From contig OZ199838.1 in NCBI GenBank assembly GCA_964304625.1, positions 5,043,489 through 5,107,488 of the forward strand: 64,000 nt of DNA, in the 5' to 3' direction. The notes below the pieces were generated by a model. That model was not told the origin of the DNA, did not search any database, and worked only from the letters and a program-made list of their open reading frames with translations. The position numbers and the translations under genes were made by a program. Source of the stretch: Kudoa neothunni. Its lineage: Eukaryota; Animalia; Cnidaria. Below are positions 39,542-54,175 of the stretch, in pieces (position 1 is the stretch's first letter; every line of letters begins with the position of its first letter).

Positions 39542-42500
39542 CTAAAAAATGATACTATCAAATTTGTTAGAAAAGCCAAATGACCTAGTTCCTTTACTCG
39601 CACTGGGATCCTAAACAAAAAAACCATCGTTATTTACGAACTGCTATTACGATGGCTAATCAAATTGTTACATCCATTGATATATTGTAATGGTGTAAAA
39701 TAGAAAACATATCATTATCGACATTCTTCCAACCATCTTGAAAGGTCACTTTCCATAAGAAAGCATAATTGGCAACTTTTTTGAACAAACTAACACTCAT
39801 TCAATAAATAAAATCGGCTGCATAACTTTACCCCATTAGCACTAGTCGCATTTGAGGTTTGGTTGTTAATCGAATTTTCAATAGACACACACTCGATCTT
39901 GGCGACAAGTGGAGAATTTGGCGGGAAAGCAATCTCCAACCGAGAATGACTAATATACAAATCGAAAACATTTCCAACATTGAAGCACACGATATGCACA
40001 TAAACATCATATTCATTTATAGGAAAAGTTGCCAAAGCGGTGGTCACAATATCCTAAAAATTAAATTCCACCAATTCGGACTTGGTAACGATTTGGTTGT
40101 TATTTTGAACAAAATTACATGTCAGCTAAATCACAGTAACAATAAAGATAGAGAACCAACCAAAGAAACAATTTTACTGTCAATGTGTGCTCGTTTTGTT
40201 GAGAATCCGCATAAAATAATGATTTCAAACGAGTCATCATTGCTCACATATGCAGGGCACAAGTTAATGGGCCAAATATAACGATTTTGACTAAGATCTT
40301 TCTTCAGCTTATTCAAACAACACTCACTTTGATAGTTGGGCGTAGTGTCATTGCCGTTTGAATCTTGCTGCACACCGATACAAAGTGTATGATCATAGCT
40401 CTCTACCTGACGTTTGTAACCGCTTCAATAACGGATGGTAACAATGGGTAGATGTACAGGTCGACGGATTGATACTTTGGTATCATGTAGAGATTGATGG
40501 ATTTGGATCTCCAATGTACCATAACTATCAGATATTATATGAATCAGATGCAGGTCCTCAACAAACGAACACTCATCTTCACTAATCGTATAGATATAAA
40601 AATCATCGATGATAACTCCAAATTCCTTCAACACATATTGACCACACTCAACAGAGCAGCCATCAAGGGAATTATGATCAATCTCCATAACAAAAACTAC
40701 TACTTAATCGGTGATATCGTTTGGTTGATTGCAATAGAGGTTGACTTTTGAACAAAATACATTTGTTATCGTTAATTTCACCATTGCCTGTAAAACTTTG
40801 AGACAAAAGGCCTTGATTTTTAGGCGTGGTAAAATTTTCGAGTCGGTACCTGAATCTTTGTGGCGTTGAAACAAACCAACATTGCCATTAAGATCGCTAT
40901 TAAAACAATTAGAAGTGGACAAGTCGGAAACTGAGCTCTCTCGACTTTGGCTACATATGTAATCGGTTGGTAGAAAAAGCCCAAACACCTGTTTATCAGG
41001 CTAGGATTAATGTTTTGGTGACAACATTAAAAATGAGATTGATATTTTCGTGAGAAAAGAAAGTCAATTTTTGGTTTATCGAATACGAGGTCGTTGAATT
41101 AATGCTACCAGCTAAAGGTGCATCACAACCACCAGCCTTCAGTATACCTGACAAGTAGATATCGCTGTCATATTTGGGTGGAATATGAATAGAGGTCAAA
41201 CATGTGTAACCATTTTTCGCGATGTTATCATTATTGTCAGTAGAAACCAAGTTAATGTAGCGTGACAACAATTCATGCTCCTTCTGGAAGAGAAACTTAC
41301 ATCCAAACAGCATCAACTTGATCATAATGCCACCAAAATTGATATTGTAGCTGAGAGATTTTAAGTTTTCAACGAGATAATGATGGATTCAATGTGAGCT
41401 AGAAGATTGAGATAGGCGCTAATAGTGAATTTGTTATTGTTTAACAAAAAATGGCCTTGTCCATTGTAAGAACGGTAGGAATGGCAGTTAGTGTTAGTAG
41501 GGGATGATTTAGAAACTAATGGATCAGCTGAATTAGTATTATTGCACTGGATGGAATCCAACAAACGAAAACAAATCTGCAACTCATACAACAAGACATC
41601 CACATAAAGAATCAACCATTTCTTGAGGAAAAAGGTTTCTTCAAGTGCATGGGCCACTCTCAAAGCACTATCATAGTTGGATTGGTGAATGAAACGTAGA
41701 AGAAGATGCTGTTCACTAGTATGAATGTGTCTGTAATAACCGAAGTCGATATAGATTTTGTGAGCTTGGTTGATAAAAGAAAAATGCAAGATCGCCAGAT
41801 AGTTTCGCATCAGTTACGTTATCATCATTTTCTCGCTTGGTAGAGGTAACAAAAAACTGTGGTTTGAGGAGAGATTTCGCTTTCACAATTGATATCTCAA
41901 AGGAAGGAATCGGTTTGGAATGCAAATGTGTTCGATTTGGTGATGACGAAACGTTCCTGTCTTGGTCAGTTCGATAGCGAAAAATTTTTAAAGGTACTGA
42001 GGAAACTATTAGATATTGTAGAGTAGGAAAAACGCCGTTTACCAACCACATTTTGATCGAACCACATTCACTTCGACTTTCAGTTGTGATCTTCGAAACG
42101 GCGGCAGTGGTAGTCATCATCCCGTCTAATTGTTGCTTGCTAGGTGTACTTCCAATAATAGAATTGAAAATATTACCACTGTCATAGGTCATTGATGACT
42201 GTACTTTTAGAGTTCAATTTATCCAACAAGGGGGCACTAGAAACCAACCCTAAAAGACTGCTTCCTTTGGATTTGATATTGGTGCTCATATTAAAATCTA
42301 CAGCTGAAGGCGTTCCAATTGTGCGGTTGGTTAATGGTCGGTAGGTATATGCGGCAATGTTCACGTGTATTCTGTCTATACACGAATCAATGCAACACAG
42401 AAGATGTGCCAAAGCGTAGCTTAGAGTTTTTTTCGAAGGAAAAATATCCTTCCAGTTGTCAATGTAATGCGTTTCACGTATAGTAGCATCATTGAATTGA

Positions 42501-45500
42501 TCAATTACGTTGGTGACACGCTGTAACAGTCGACACAAAGCATTCCAGCATAAAAAATTCCCTCGATTCTATCGGCTAGCACATAATCTTTCGAATCGTT
42601 TAACAAAAATCCTAACACATATTCACAGGTGTGGATAACATCACACGCAAAATAAATGGCAAAATCAATACAACCCATGCTGAGAAACAATTGCAAACCG
42701 ATGGTGTGGAATGACAATAACGATTTTATAATACAATGTTGAGAGGAAGAAGACGAAGAGGAGTGGTCTAATGAAGTTGATGATAATGTGGAAGAGTTAG
42801 GTAGATAAAGAAGGTTGCTAATAGCCTCACTCTTGTTAAAACAATTAGCTATCAAAATCATGAATTTCTCCAAGTGTAGTTTCGTTGATCTGGTCAATAC
42901 ATTTGAGTGAGATATTTTCTGGAACGAGTCCAAGAATTTCAAGGCATTCCTCATTTCTGTGGCGGTTTTTGTGGGAGAATTTCTAAACCGGTTTTCTGCC
43001 TATCGCACCACAATGTGTTGTTACTGGTATCCGAGGTGATGATAATTCGGTGATTAAATCCAAACCTGAATTTATCCAAAGTTCTTTGTTAAGGCACTCA
43101 TTATCATTTAATTTGCTATGAAACACATCACTGAATGCGGAGGACTTGTGGATGAGCTTCATGTGAACGATCCAACATCGACAAATCCATCGCTATCAGC
43201 GATTGAACAATTGGCAATCAATTCATCCAATTGCATCAAGAACATCCCCATATATGGAAATGTTCGCTATACTAAACCTTTCATTTTTATACATGTGATA
43301 ATTATTTCCACGGTTACAACCATCATCTGGTCCGTTTGTCAGATGGTTGATATGTTTTAGTATTGGTTGGTTGTATTTTTTCCCGTCAATAATAAATCTA
43401 CTGAGATACTTTTTCAATCGAGAACAATTCTTAACAGTTAAATCCAACGCATTTTGATACAACTCAGAGTTGTAATAGACTCCAGTCAAAAGTGCTATAT
43501 CACGAAACAAACATTGAATCTTCCATGTAGACTTGGTGGAGGCATTAACTGAACTATCAGTTAAAGGAAGTGTGTTATGATGAGTTCCTTTGACAACCGA
43601 GCCAATCAAACCTCTACACACATTCCAACTTTTGTCCAAATTTACTGTCTCATTGATAACTGTATTGTGAAATGATTCGACACACTGATAACAAATGACT
43701 CAGTAAATTGTTCAAACTTATCGTAATTATTCCCTATATCCTCCAATCTGTTGTCATGCACAAAGATAACACCTAAAATAAGTTATATAAAATACAGTTA
43801 CTAGGATAACAATTAATTGATTAATTTAATCGAGATAGCCGAATATACGGATCCATAGTCTAATACTTAATTATTTCATTTAAGGTAATAAAAAATGTAT
43901 ATTTTCACAAAAATTTAGTTAAGGCATTAAAACACCAAAGAAATTCGCTGATAATTACAAAACAATCCTGCAAACATTAATAGCAGTTTAAAGCAGTCGA
44001 GAAATTTTTAGTTATTCCAATTTACCCAGTAATTCTACATGTGGGATGTGGACATTTCGGAGCATTAATAGATAATACTAGCGGAGCTTAAATAATGCTT
44101 ACACATAATGGATAATTTGGTGGTACGTATAAACCTTAATCTTCTCCATTTTTCCTATCTTAGTCATACAATAATATTTATTTTTAAAAAAATGCGAAGA
44201 GCAGATTTAGCATACGAAAATAATTGCCCATGATCTTCAAATGGCGATTACTTGAAACTAATCATAATAGTTTTAGCTTTAATTATAGTTTAGTTTAACC
44301 CCTTAAATTAATGAATCGAAAGAATTATATAATTACTAGCATGTTTGCCCCAATGTAATATAAAGAATAAATGTATGCTAATACTGGACAATTATTTATT
44401 TATAATTTAATGTATGAGAAATATAATATTTGTGAAAACAAACAATAAAAAATAGCATTGCGTCGATTTTCTCAATCAAATATTATATTTTTACTAAAAG
44501 ATAAAATTACATTATCGCAAGAAATATGTAAACTGTTATTTTAAATAAAAAATTGCATTAATAAAGAAGTTTCACCTTTAAACTCCAGTGCTACTGTTAA
44601 TAAATTGTTTGTTAAACGAATAATAAATTATTTTGTAATTACATATGCCTATATCAGAAACATACCGTTAAATGATATAATGTGAAATAGTATAGCCAGC
44701 AATTTAATTCCAATTAAACAAATAGGTTGTAATATTTGGCGTGTCGAAAACAGCGCAAACTTCACATAAATTCCAATCAAATTAATGTTTATCATGCGAT
44801 TTTTAAAAATTTGGATAATTAATTCGATAGATGTTTGGCATACCCATGCGATCACCGCCAATAACTTATAGCATAACAAATTAAACCCCAATTATCAATT
44901 TATAGACTTCAACAAACAAAACTAAAAATTAGTTAAATAAGAAAACTTGGCGTTAGTTCTATGGTTTGAATTTTTTATAGTTTACTTTTAGGATTTGGCA
45001 CTGTCAGGACTTGTCCGTCTTTAATAGGCGTAAATAAATCAAAATTTTTAATATTAATTTTTTTATTGAGATATTAAGCTTAGAAATAGAATATGCTTCT
45101 ATAATAGTTATCTTACTAAAACTATTCCGCTTAAGAATTAATTTAATAAGGTTGATTTGAGGTTAAAGCAGCTAAAATTGGACAAAATGCAATATAAAAA
45201 AGTAAAATAGAAATAAAAAGCAATAATTAGATTCAAGAAAAATTTGCATTATTTTTTTATTTCATCTGATAAATAATCACTTTAAATTTGAATAATAAAA
45301 ATATCAATAAACGACTCATTAAAAGTTTATAATCTTTTGTTTGAATTTATTATTCGAATTAAACTGATAAACCAACAACAATAAAAAATCCTTGTATGCA
45401 AAAATAATGTACTTTTGATAGTTACGACCGTTGTTGTTTTGACTGGTTTGTTCCGCTTTATCGAAATCATCCCGAACCACATGGTAGGGGGATTTACTTT

Positions 45501-46397
45501 TTGTTTTAAAGAGTGAAATTTTTTCGTTATGTTTCCTAGGAATTATAACTGTGATTATCCAATTTTCCATATCATTAAGTGAGAGGTAACTTTGCCACGC
45601 AAACAATTTAGGTTTTACAATATCTTTATAGAATTGATTGCTCTATAGCGACAAAAACAAAAATCAACCCAACTGATAATAACGATTTAGATTGTTAATC
45701 ACATACCTTGAAGACAAACCAAAATATATGTATCGTCTCTTTCATGGTGACAGGGAACAACAACTGTACACCACTAAAATTTTTCATACTATCAGGAGAG
45801 GCGACGATAGGCAATTGATCCAAAACCGAATTTCCACATTCTATTGTTTGATCGACCCGCACACTCAACTTGTTTTTATTTTGCTTGAAGAGTCGACCAA
45901 CAATTTTACTACCCAACGATTCGGTAGACACTGATAATATGTTAGTCAGATTAGAAGTTGTGGGAGTGCTATCGTTTTGACTGTCAACATTGTCGAATTC
46001 GGTTGAATTATCGTTCACCTCATCGTTTATATCAAAAGTGTTTTGAACTGGAAGCTGGTTGTGGTCACAACCAGCGTCGTCCTCATTGTCTCCTTGATTT
46101 TTCGAGGATTTTTTAGCGACAAATTCATTAAATCCAATAATTCTACTCTCAAACACTCCATCCCCACTAAAAACTGCCCCTTTTTGGAGAGATATTCTAT
46201 ACAACAATTAAATTAATTAAAAACAACAACTATACATAATATTACCCTTCGCAACTAAAATTCACATTATTTAATAATTCTTCAAGAATGGGTTTCATCC
46301 TTTTAACAACACTGCATTCGCCAGCATCTAAAAATAATTAGGGCTTCTGACATGCACATAACATTAAATTACTCGTAACCACAACGTGCAATTTCAT
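39542..46397 (-). CDS. TRAPPC10: TRAPPII subunit TRAPPC10/Trs130-like gene, read through many apparent frameshifts
   Basis: Recalled similarity to the TRAPPC10 N-terminus: VVTNAGE, ESRIIGF, IHIFW, FYKDIVKPKLFAWQSYL..ENWIITVI, VRDDF, later SWNVC and GYYR..KKWL. Chain of overlapping minus-strand ORFs from 39790 to 43639. The 3' end is less certain. Confidence 0.72.
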
Positions 46398-47470
46398 TAC
46401 TGTTAAAAGATAAATTCTAATGATTTAGAAGTATCAGCTGGAAGGATTAGACACTTAAATTCTTAACGATTTCGGATCAGGTACCATAAAGTAACTTAAT
46501 TTATTCGCATGTGCAAAGAGTATGCGTGTTCTAGTTTATGGTGTTTGTGACCGTTTTTATGGTGAGCAATGAGGTGCTAACCTTTAATGATTATTGAATT
46601 TATTTTTAATATTCTTAAGCTATGTAATCTTATTTGTTTAATAGGAAATTAGATTTCCCCTAATGCATTAATATTTATAATAACTTGACTACCAAGTCGA
46701 GTATAGTCGAGCTAAGATGACGCATGAATTCTAATTTTCACTATTATGTCGTTTATTGAGAAATTTCTTTGAATGGATTTGTTATTATTGTATCCTATAG
46801 CAAAAATATCCTTCATGTGAAATAAACAAAAAGATGTATTTAAAGGTAAATGTCCCTTTGTTAGATGGGGATTGTATTTGTAGTTGAATGTTATTGGAAT
46901 CACAGTTTTAGCTGTGTTATATCCGAAGTTAGACACAATATTTTTAACAGCTTAAGTTTGGTGGCTATTTTGATCCAGTAACAAAATTCTAAATTAACAC
47001 ATTAAATAATAAATCGAATACGATGAAACCTCGATCGTCTGAATTTCGATAAACCTCTAAAAGGTAACCGTTGGCTTTGAGCAACCACTTTTATATTATT
47101 TCGTCTATAAATTTTGTTTCTCAGTTTGTTGCATTTTTTGTATATTCGCCAGAATTTCATCTACTGTTTAAACAAAATATTATCCATCAACTGATATAAT
47201 AAAATTAGTTAAATTTTGGGGGAAATTACACAAAATATACCAATTTTTACAACAAAATAATATAAAGATGAACGCGCGATTCCAATGGTTAGCCATTAAG
47301 GGTTATTCGGAAATTGCGCTATCAGGAATATCTTTTAAATATTATTTGAAATAGACGTACATTACTAATATAAATAATGCGAATAACCGAGACAACCTTT
47401 TACTCCAATTTTTGGATAAAAGTATGTACAAACGTTAAGTAAATTGAGGTAAAACGTTGCGTATATTTAA

Positions 47471-48805
47471 CTTTCCGAGCGTCTTTGGGGTCCATTGGAC
47501 CCCAAAGGATGTTTGAGTCAATTTTAGAGAATCTTATATTAAATCAGTGAATTTAAGATCACATCTACTCTCCTACGAATGTGAGTTCTATTAAAATATT
47601 ACAGAAAATGTTAATTTGTATATTCAGGTCACGAAATAATCAAAATACTTACACATTCTTTCTTTGGGGGTCCAACGGATCCCAGGGGTTGTTCCTATTG
47701 AACAACGAAGAAAAATAATTTACACAAATTTTTCGAATTAAATAAAAGTTTATTGAGGGGAAGCAGAGATAATTTGAAAAAACTATGAGGGTGACAAATA
47801 CCAATCATTGCCGACGAGAGTTATGCTACCATAAATGGTTTTTAGTGTAATATTTTGAATGAAATTGAATCCGATATCAATGAATTTTATGATAAATTTT
47901 GATAATTTGGTTATTAATGTCATTCCGATTTTTCTTAAGATAATAAATGCTATCGAAATATATACGAAGATAAGGATGGTAGTAATTGGTTTTCTGAGCA
48001 ACTTCGAATAACTAAAAGCTTTAAACGAAATATTTTTCAAAATTTCAAGATTCACATTTCTACTATTCGACAAGAATAGACTCCTTAGATCATACATTCC
48101 TCATATTTTATGGTGAGTCTTCTTCTCAACTGTTATTCCAAATACTGACAAGATTGACAATTATAATTATCAGCATTATTTGAAGATTTGGAAAACTAGA
48201 ATTTGTTGACTTTTATTGGAATCCTTGTCAATATGTCCATTTTCAAATCTAAATTATAATCACTCGAATTTCTTTGTCGCGAGTGATGCTGTTATTGTTC
48301 AAGATCTCGAGACAGAAAAACGAAGAATTTTTTATGTTTTTGGGACCGATTGTAATAAAAGAAATTCAAAAGTTGTTTGCGTGATGTTTCGTAGCATTAT
48401 AAACTAAAATAATATAAATATCTCGCATTTTATCTATTTTGAAACAACATGTATTATGGGTTTTATTGGGTATGATTATTAAGAAATTAATTATAAAGGA
48501 AACATTTTTAAAGGCTTTCGTTAATATGGAATGATACATGTTTTTATCAAACACATTAAATAACAAAAATTAATAAAACTTGTTAAATTAGGCATCTAAT
48601 TTAACATTTTAAATGTTTCGGCAATTGTCGTTAACAACCGGCGGTGTTATAATTGTGACATTTTTCAATATTTTATCGATGGTTTTTTCTCATACTTTAG
48701 CAAATTACCTATTAAATTTTTTTAATACTTCAAGTCAAAACAATATGGGGCCATTTGACCTCAAAAGAAAGAATGTGTAAAGTAGATTTTCAGGCGCTGG
48801 GAAGG
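47471..48805 (+). mobile_element. Decayed piggyBac-type element
   Basis: TTAA flanks; imperfect TIR CTTTCCGAGCGTCT vs CCTTCCCAGCGCCT. GGGGTCC..GGACCCC palindromes at 47487, 47667 and ~48747. Degenerate Cys-rich tail in ORF 48216-48407. Confidence 0.75.
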
Positions 48806-48951
48806 TTAAATGTATAATATGTTTGATTACTGATTAAGTCTATTCAACTAATATTCGACTAGCATAAAAAACCAGTTTCATCTGTCGTAAAATTACTTCA
48901 AACGACAAATAATTTTTAGAACATGCTATACTTTAATTAACAGATTTTCCT

Positions 48952-48953
<2 letters not shown>

Positions 48954-48985
<32 letters not shown>
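48954..48985. repeat. (AT)n microsatellite
   Basis: Uninterrupted TA run; shorter runs near 15835, 32916 and 39361. Confidence 0.9.
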
Positions 48986-48988
<3 letters not shown>

Positions 48989-49735
48989 TAGAAGTTGATT
49001 TTAATCGACCCTCATTCTAAAATAAACTAACATCAATCATAAGCATGTAATTTTTAATCTATTTTTTAAGTGAATCATCATGAAATTCCTTAATTTTGAT
49101 GAAAATATTGAGTATTTGAATGAATAGGCAGATTTTCTAACGTTATTATCCTTTTAAATTTATACAAGAAGCTTTATTAAAAATTCATAAAAATATTTCT
49201 TATAAGTCTTTTTATACTTTACATGTTCACGAATAATGAAAATTCTAAGCTATACGTCATATATGCGCTTCTCCATTTAGTAAACTCTGCCTGATAACTT
49301 GATTAAAATGTTCGCAATTGATATTGTCTCAGTTATCTGAGAATTTTAGTATCTATCCTGGAAAGGCCAATTACCTTTTTGCGTCAAATAATGTAATCTT
49401 CCTGATCATTCACGAATCAATCCTTTTAACCTTATTCACTTCCTCCACAACTTCACCAAATGAGGCATATTTGAATTCGTAATAGCGTTATTGTATTTTA
49501 AGTTGGTAAAGTTATCAGAAGGAAACATTTTGTTTATGTATATTTATTTAAAAAAATTCGACATATGCTCTAAAAAAGCGTTTAATCACGCATGCGTATC
49601 CGTCAAATGAACACATAGGGACTCACGGACACTCCTCTATTGTTTATAGATATGATAATTGAAGTACTAAAAAAATATTAGAAAGTATAGTTGCTGACCT
49701 TGTTATTAAACACAGTTCCTGTAATATTCGCTTAA

Positions 49736-50900
49736 TCCTCTAATGAATTTAGGGGGGACATTTTTACCCTAACAAGAAGTTTTTGGTTATATACGTGATT
49801 CGTTTGATCCTTTAAGGATATGAGTTTTTCCCTAATTTTCCAAAAAGATGAACGATATATGATTTTAAAATATTGACTAAAAATAAAAAAAATTACATGT
49901 TTACATTCCAACGAATTTTTGGAGTAAAACACTACTCCAAATTTTGTTCGCTCCAATTGATAGATTAAATAATTATTATTCCATAAATCACATTTTAGGT
50001 TTATCTGTTGGATAAATTTGAAGTTATACGGTTATTACCTATACATGTGGTCACGTGACTTTCGTTTCAATGTTGCCATTGCGATAATGGAAATGGATTT
50101 CACCGAAAGTAGTTAAAATGATGAATACAACTTCTTTAAAATGATTTTGAACATTTTAAAACTTATTTGTAGTAAGAATCTGACGAGACTGATAACTGAG
50201 AATTCGGGACAATACACGATCAGTAATCAGTAATGACGGCCTATGGTGTCGTTTTTCTATTTAATAGATTTATTATTTATAAAAGCGTGTTCCATTTACA
50301 AAAAAAACTTGTGAGATAATATGTTTATGAGAAAGTTTTTGAATGTATGGCAAAGTTCCTATGTCTTTCCATTAATGGTTGATGGAAAGAAACATCCTTG
50401 AAGCCCAAAATCCTAAGAGCTCAACCTTATCTATTATGCTATAACTGGGCACACCAAATAAATGAACAATATTTCCAAAGTTTAAGCGTTATTACGGAAA
50501 ATTGATAAGAACCCTGCTATTGCTTGTTTCAGATTTACGAAACTGTCGTAAAATTCATTCTGAGTGTTTGCTAATCTTATTCTCATTAGATGTTCTATTT
50601 GGTAGCGCAAATAATAATTAAAATATTTATTACATGATATAAATGTGAAATCTACCCAAACATTAAACTTTAATCAAAAATTGTCATTGTGGATTTTAAC
50701 GAATACAGTTTTCGTAGGATTATGAGGATTATTACTCGGATTTTAGCTGTTTTACAGCTGAATCTAGACATGGGATTATGCCCATTTTTATTTCCTGAAA
50801 TCAAACATTTTCTATGGTTCGAATAAAGAAATAAAAATCTGGGGTAATTTTCTGCCCCAAAATTCATCGGAGTGCAATCGATTTTTAGTACATTCGAAGG
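49736..50900. mobile_element. Decayed piggyBac-type element
   Basis: TTAA flanks at 49732-49735 and 50901-50904; imperfect TIR TCCTCTAATG / CCTTCGAATG. Subterminal palindromes near 49754, 49921 and 50841. Confidence 0.65.
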
Positions 50901-51341
50901 TTAATTTCGTAGTGGAACGACACCAGATATAATAAGTCTATTAAAGATTTAAAGTCTTGGTGATAATAAATACACAGAAAGAATTAACTGATCAAAAAAT
51001 AAATAAAAAACTTTTTTCGAATAACTATTGTTCAATGAAGACCGAATGTGACGAAAATTCAAGATTTGAATGCAGAGAAGAAATGGGATTATGAATTTAG
51101 TTATTAGGAAGCCTATTAAATCATTAACTATATAATTATAATTAATATCAATTGATTCTATGGAATTTATTCAAAATATTGAAATAAACCTCTTATCTAT
51201 TAAACCTCAGTGGGTGTGTTATTAATTTATCAATATTTTCCACAATTAACAACGGAGTTATTAAAGTTATAAGAGCGAAAATATTAACGAGTATTACGAA
51301 TATTATAACAAGGTGGCTAGTGTGTATAATCGCAAGGTGAA

Positions 51342-54026
51342 ATGACGACTCGAGGTTACGATATCAATCTCGAGCCCTATCCATACTAATAATGAATTTC
51401 ACTTTTTGCAGATGAACGATCCTTGTTGGCAACTAACGGTTCAATGCAGAATACATTAAAATTTCAGGATATTAACCTTGCTTCTGGAGATCGGGAAATT
51501 TTAACTGATATTCACGGAGAAATCTCTTCGCAGAATATATTAGCTCTTATGGGCCCTAGTGGTAGCACTTATATACATATTACTAGTTTTTATGATTTAT
51601 GGGATATTGTTGTAGGTAGTGGAAAATCATCTCTTTTGAATGTTTTGAGTTTCCGACGCGAATTGCTTGGGAAGGCCGTCTCCAGTGGATATATCACATT
51701 GAACGATGAACCTCTAACTAAGAAAGATCGATATCGTATCGGTTACGTGATGCAGGAGGATATATTTTTCCCCACATTGACATTATACGAAACACTCACA
51801 GTATCAGTTTGTATAGCTTTTAAACGTATTAAAATTTTGAAAAAAGTTCTATGTGAATTTACGAATTTCGAGCAAATACACTAAAGAAGAAAAAGAAACT
51901 ATAGTATTTAGATGCCTTATTTCAGTTGATATGATTTTTGTTACAAAGATAAAAAAACTTTCTCAATATATGCACCTCGAAAATTCTATGAATACAAGTA
52001 TATTCTAAGATATTTATTTTGGATGTAATACTACAACTGTTGTTGCTTAAAGTAATGGGAGGCGGCATTATACGAGGATTGTCAGGAGGTATAATAGTTT
52101 TTGAAGTATTGAAATTATTGGTGGAAAATTAAGGTGAAAGAAAACGTGCCAGCGTAGCTTGCGAACTCATTACTGACCCTGTTATTCTTATGTTGGATGT
52201 ATTTTATTTTCGACAAATTTGAAGAATCAATGCTAGCTGAATATTTTGAAAAAATAGGAGCCTACCTCTGGTCTTGATTCTTTTATGGCCTCAAGCGTCA
52301 TTAATATATTGAAGGATTATTGTAGAACACGAAACAAAATAGTTATTGCATCAATCCACCAACCCAGCAGTCAAACTTTCCATTGCTTTGACCATCTTTT
52401 ATTGTTAACATGTGGTAAAGTAATTATTTTTTTGTTTTATCCCAGAGAAACTAATGCTTTGATGTTATATTGAAGTTGGCGTATGAAGGTTCAACCCATC
52501 AATTGTCCAAATTCTTTGCTGATTGTGGTTTCCAATGTCCTCAACAGTGGAATATTGCTGACTATATGTGTAATTCAACAAATGCTAAGTTTTTATTAGT
52601 AAGATGTTCATTTTTTGAAAATTTAGTAGAAGTGGTAGGCTCCAACAAACAATCTATTGATAAGATTTTGAATGAATTTAAAATCTTGTAACTCTTTTAC
52701 ACAAACCACTCCATAAGTCGTTAAATCTTATTGCTATATCAATTAGAGAAAAGGGGAAGTTCAGCGACCAACGAAAAAATACTAACAACATTAATGACGA
52801 AATTTTACCTGCCATTAGTCTCAGTGATGAAGTTAGGTTAGTTGAGAACTCGAACAAAAAATGGCCAGCCGGAAAATGCACCCAATTTAAATGCCTTTTA
52901 CGACGAAATTTCCTTTTGTCAATCGAAGATCAATTGAGTTTGTTAAGCTTAAGCAAATCAATACTTGTTTCTTTATTTTTGGGAACTGTTTGGTTCGATT
53001 TGAAATGGGATGCCAGCCATTTTCAAGACATTATTGGGCTTGTATTAATTCATTAGATTAGATGAAAGAGTTTCTCATAATCCACTTTTTAGTTGTACTA
53101 TTTGGTAGTGGAAAGCTTCTCAAATCCATTCTTTACTAGTGTTTTTGTGTGTATGAAATATTCTTGATTTCAAAGTTCAGTTTAAAGTGTATTTATTGAT
53201 ATATCTTATGGATATAGTTGGAGCCGAAAAACAGGTGATTTCGAAAGAAAGAATGTCGTCTATGTACAGTTTGTTGTTGTATTATACCGCCAAAGTATTG
53301 AGTGAATTACCAAGTCTTTTTATCCGTCCCCTTATTCATACTGCTATCGTATACCCCATGACTAGTTTACCTGGTGGTCCGACGTTTCTGTTATTTTTTC
53401 TAATACTTTCTCTGACTAACATTATTGGAATGGTAAGCAGATTTCGATTTTCTCCTGTTATTAATTTTTCTTTTTTTAGAATTTTGGTCTTTTTCTTAGT
53501 TCATTAGGACTTCGGCAAAAAGAAACACTCACCATTATGGTCATTTTCTTCGTGTTTTTCAATTTGTATGGAGGGTTCTTCGTAACTAAATTTCCTCCTT
53601 GGTTGAAATGGGGAAAATATGTATCACCCATGTTTTCATTCTTCGTCCTTCTAGTTCATTCCATATTTAATTATAAAGGCTTAAGGTAGTATCACATAAA
53701 TGTCCATGAGATATTAAGTTTGATTTGTGTCTTCTTTCTTGTTTAGGTGTGATACGACTCTGGTGTTGTCACAGTGTGCAAATGTAGGCATAAATGGGAC
53801 GTTAGACGTCAAGGTTATTTTAGAGATGATTCAACCCGGCATTAGCTATTATTGGTTCTACGTGATAGTATTTGGTGTTTCAATTATCCTGAATATATTG
53901 ACATTCCTTATTCTCCGGAGAACTCTCACCAAACAAACAACAGGATTCAAATATTGTGATATCTTCAATCCGGTCAACATGATTACGATCAAATATAAAA
54001 AAACTCCAAGTTTAACATCGATTTAA
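51342..54026 (+). CDS. ABCG (White-family) half transporter, copy 1
   Basis: Walker A GPSG/SGKS, Q-loop GYVMQED, signature RGLSG/GERKR, Walker B ILMLD/EPTSGLD, H-loop SIHQP. C-terminal membrane domain EKQVISKER...YYTAKVLSELP. Confidence 0.93.
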
Positions 54027-54175
54027 ATTATTTGATGTTTTAAATAGTTATTCCTGCCTTAATAATGTCAATTAGAATTTGTTTTTCTTTGTCAAAACTC
54101 TCATACTCAGCCATAATTATTTTCTCATTATTTTATTTAAAATATTGAACTGATAGTTTGTTTTACCCTCTAAGA

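Noticed and set aside
39560-39800. C-terminus of the large minus-strand gene as a separase protease domain
   Set aside because: Only a superficial LWKVT resemblance; the N-terminal motifs match TRAPPC10 instead.
10341-46397. GBF1 plus TRAPPC10 as a functional Golgi-trafficking gene cluster
   Set aside because: They are separated by ~19 kb and unrelated genes; co-occurrence is plausibly chance.
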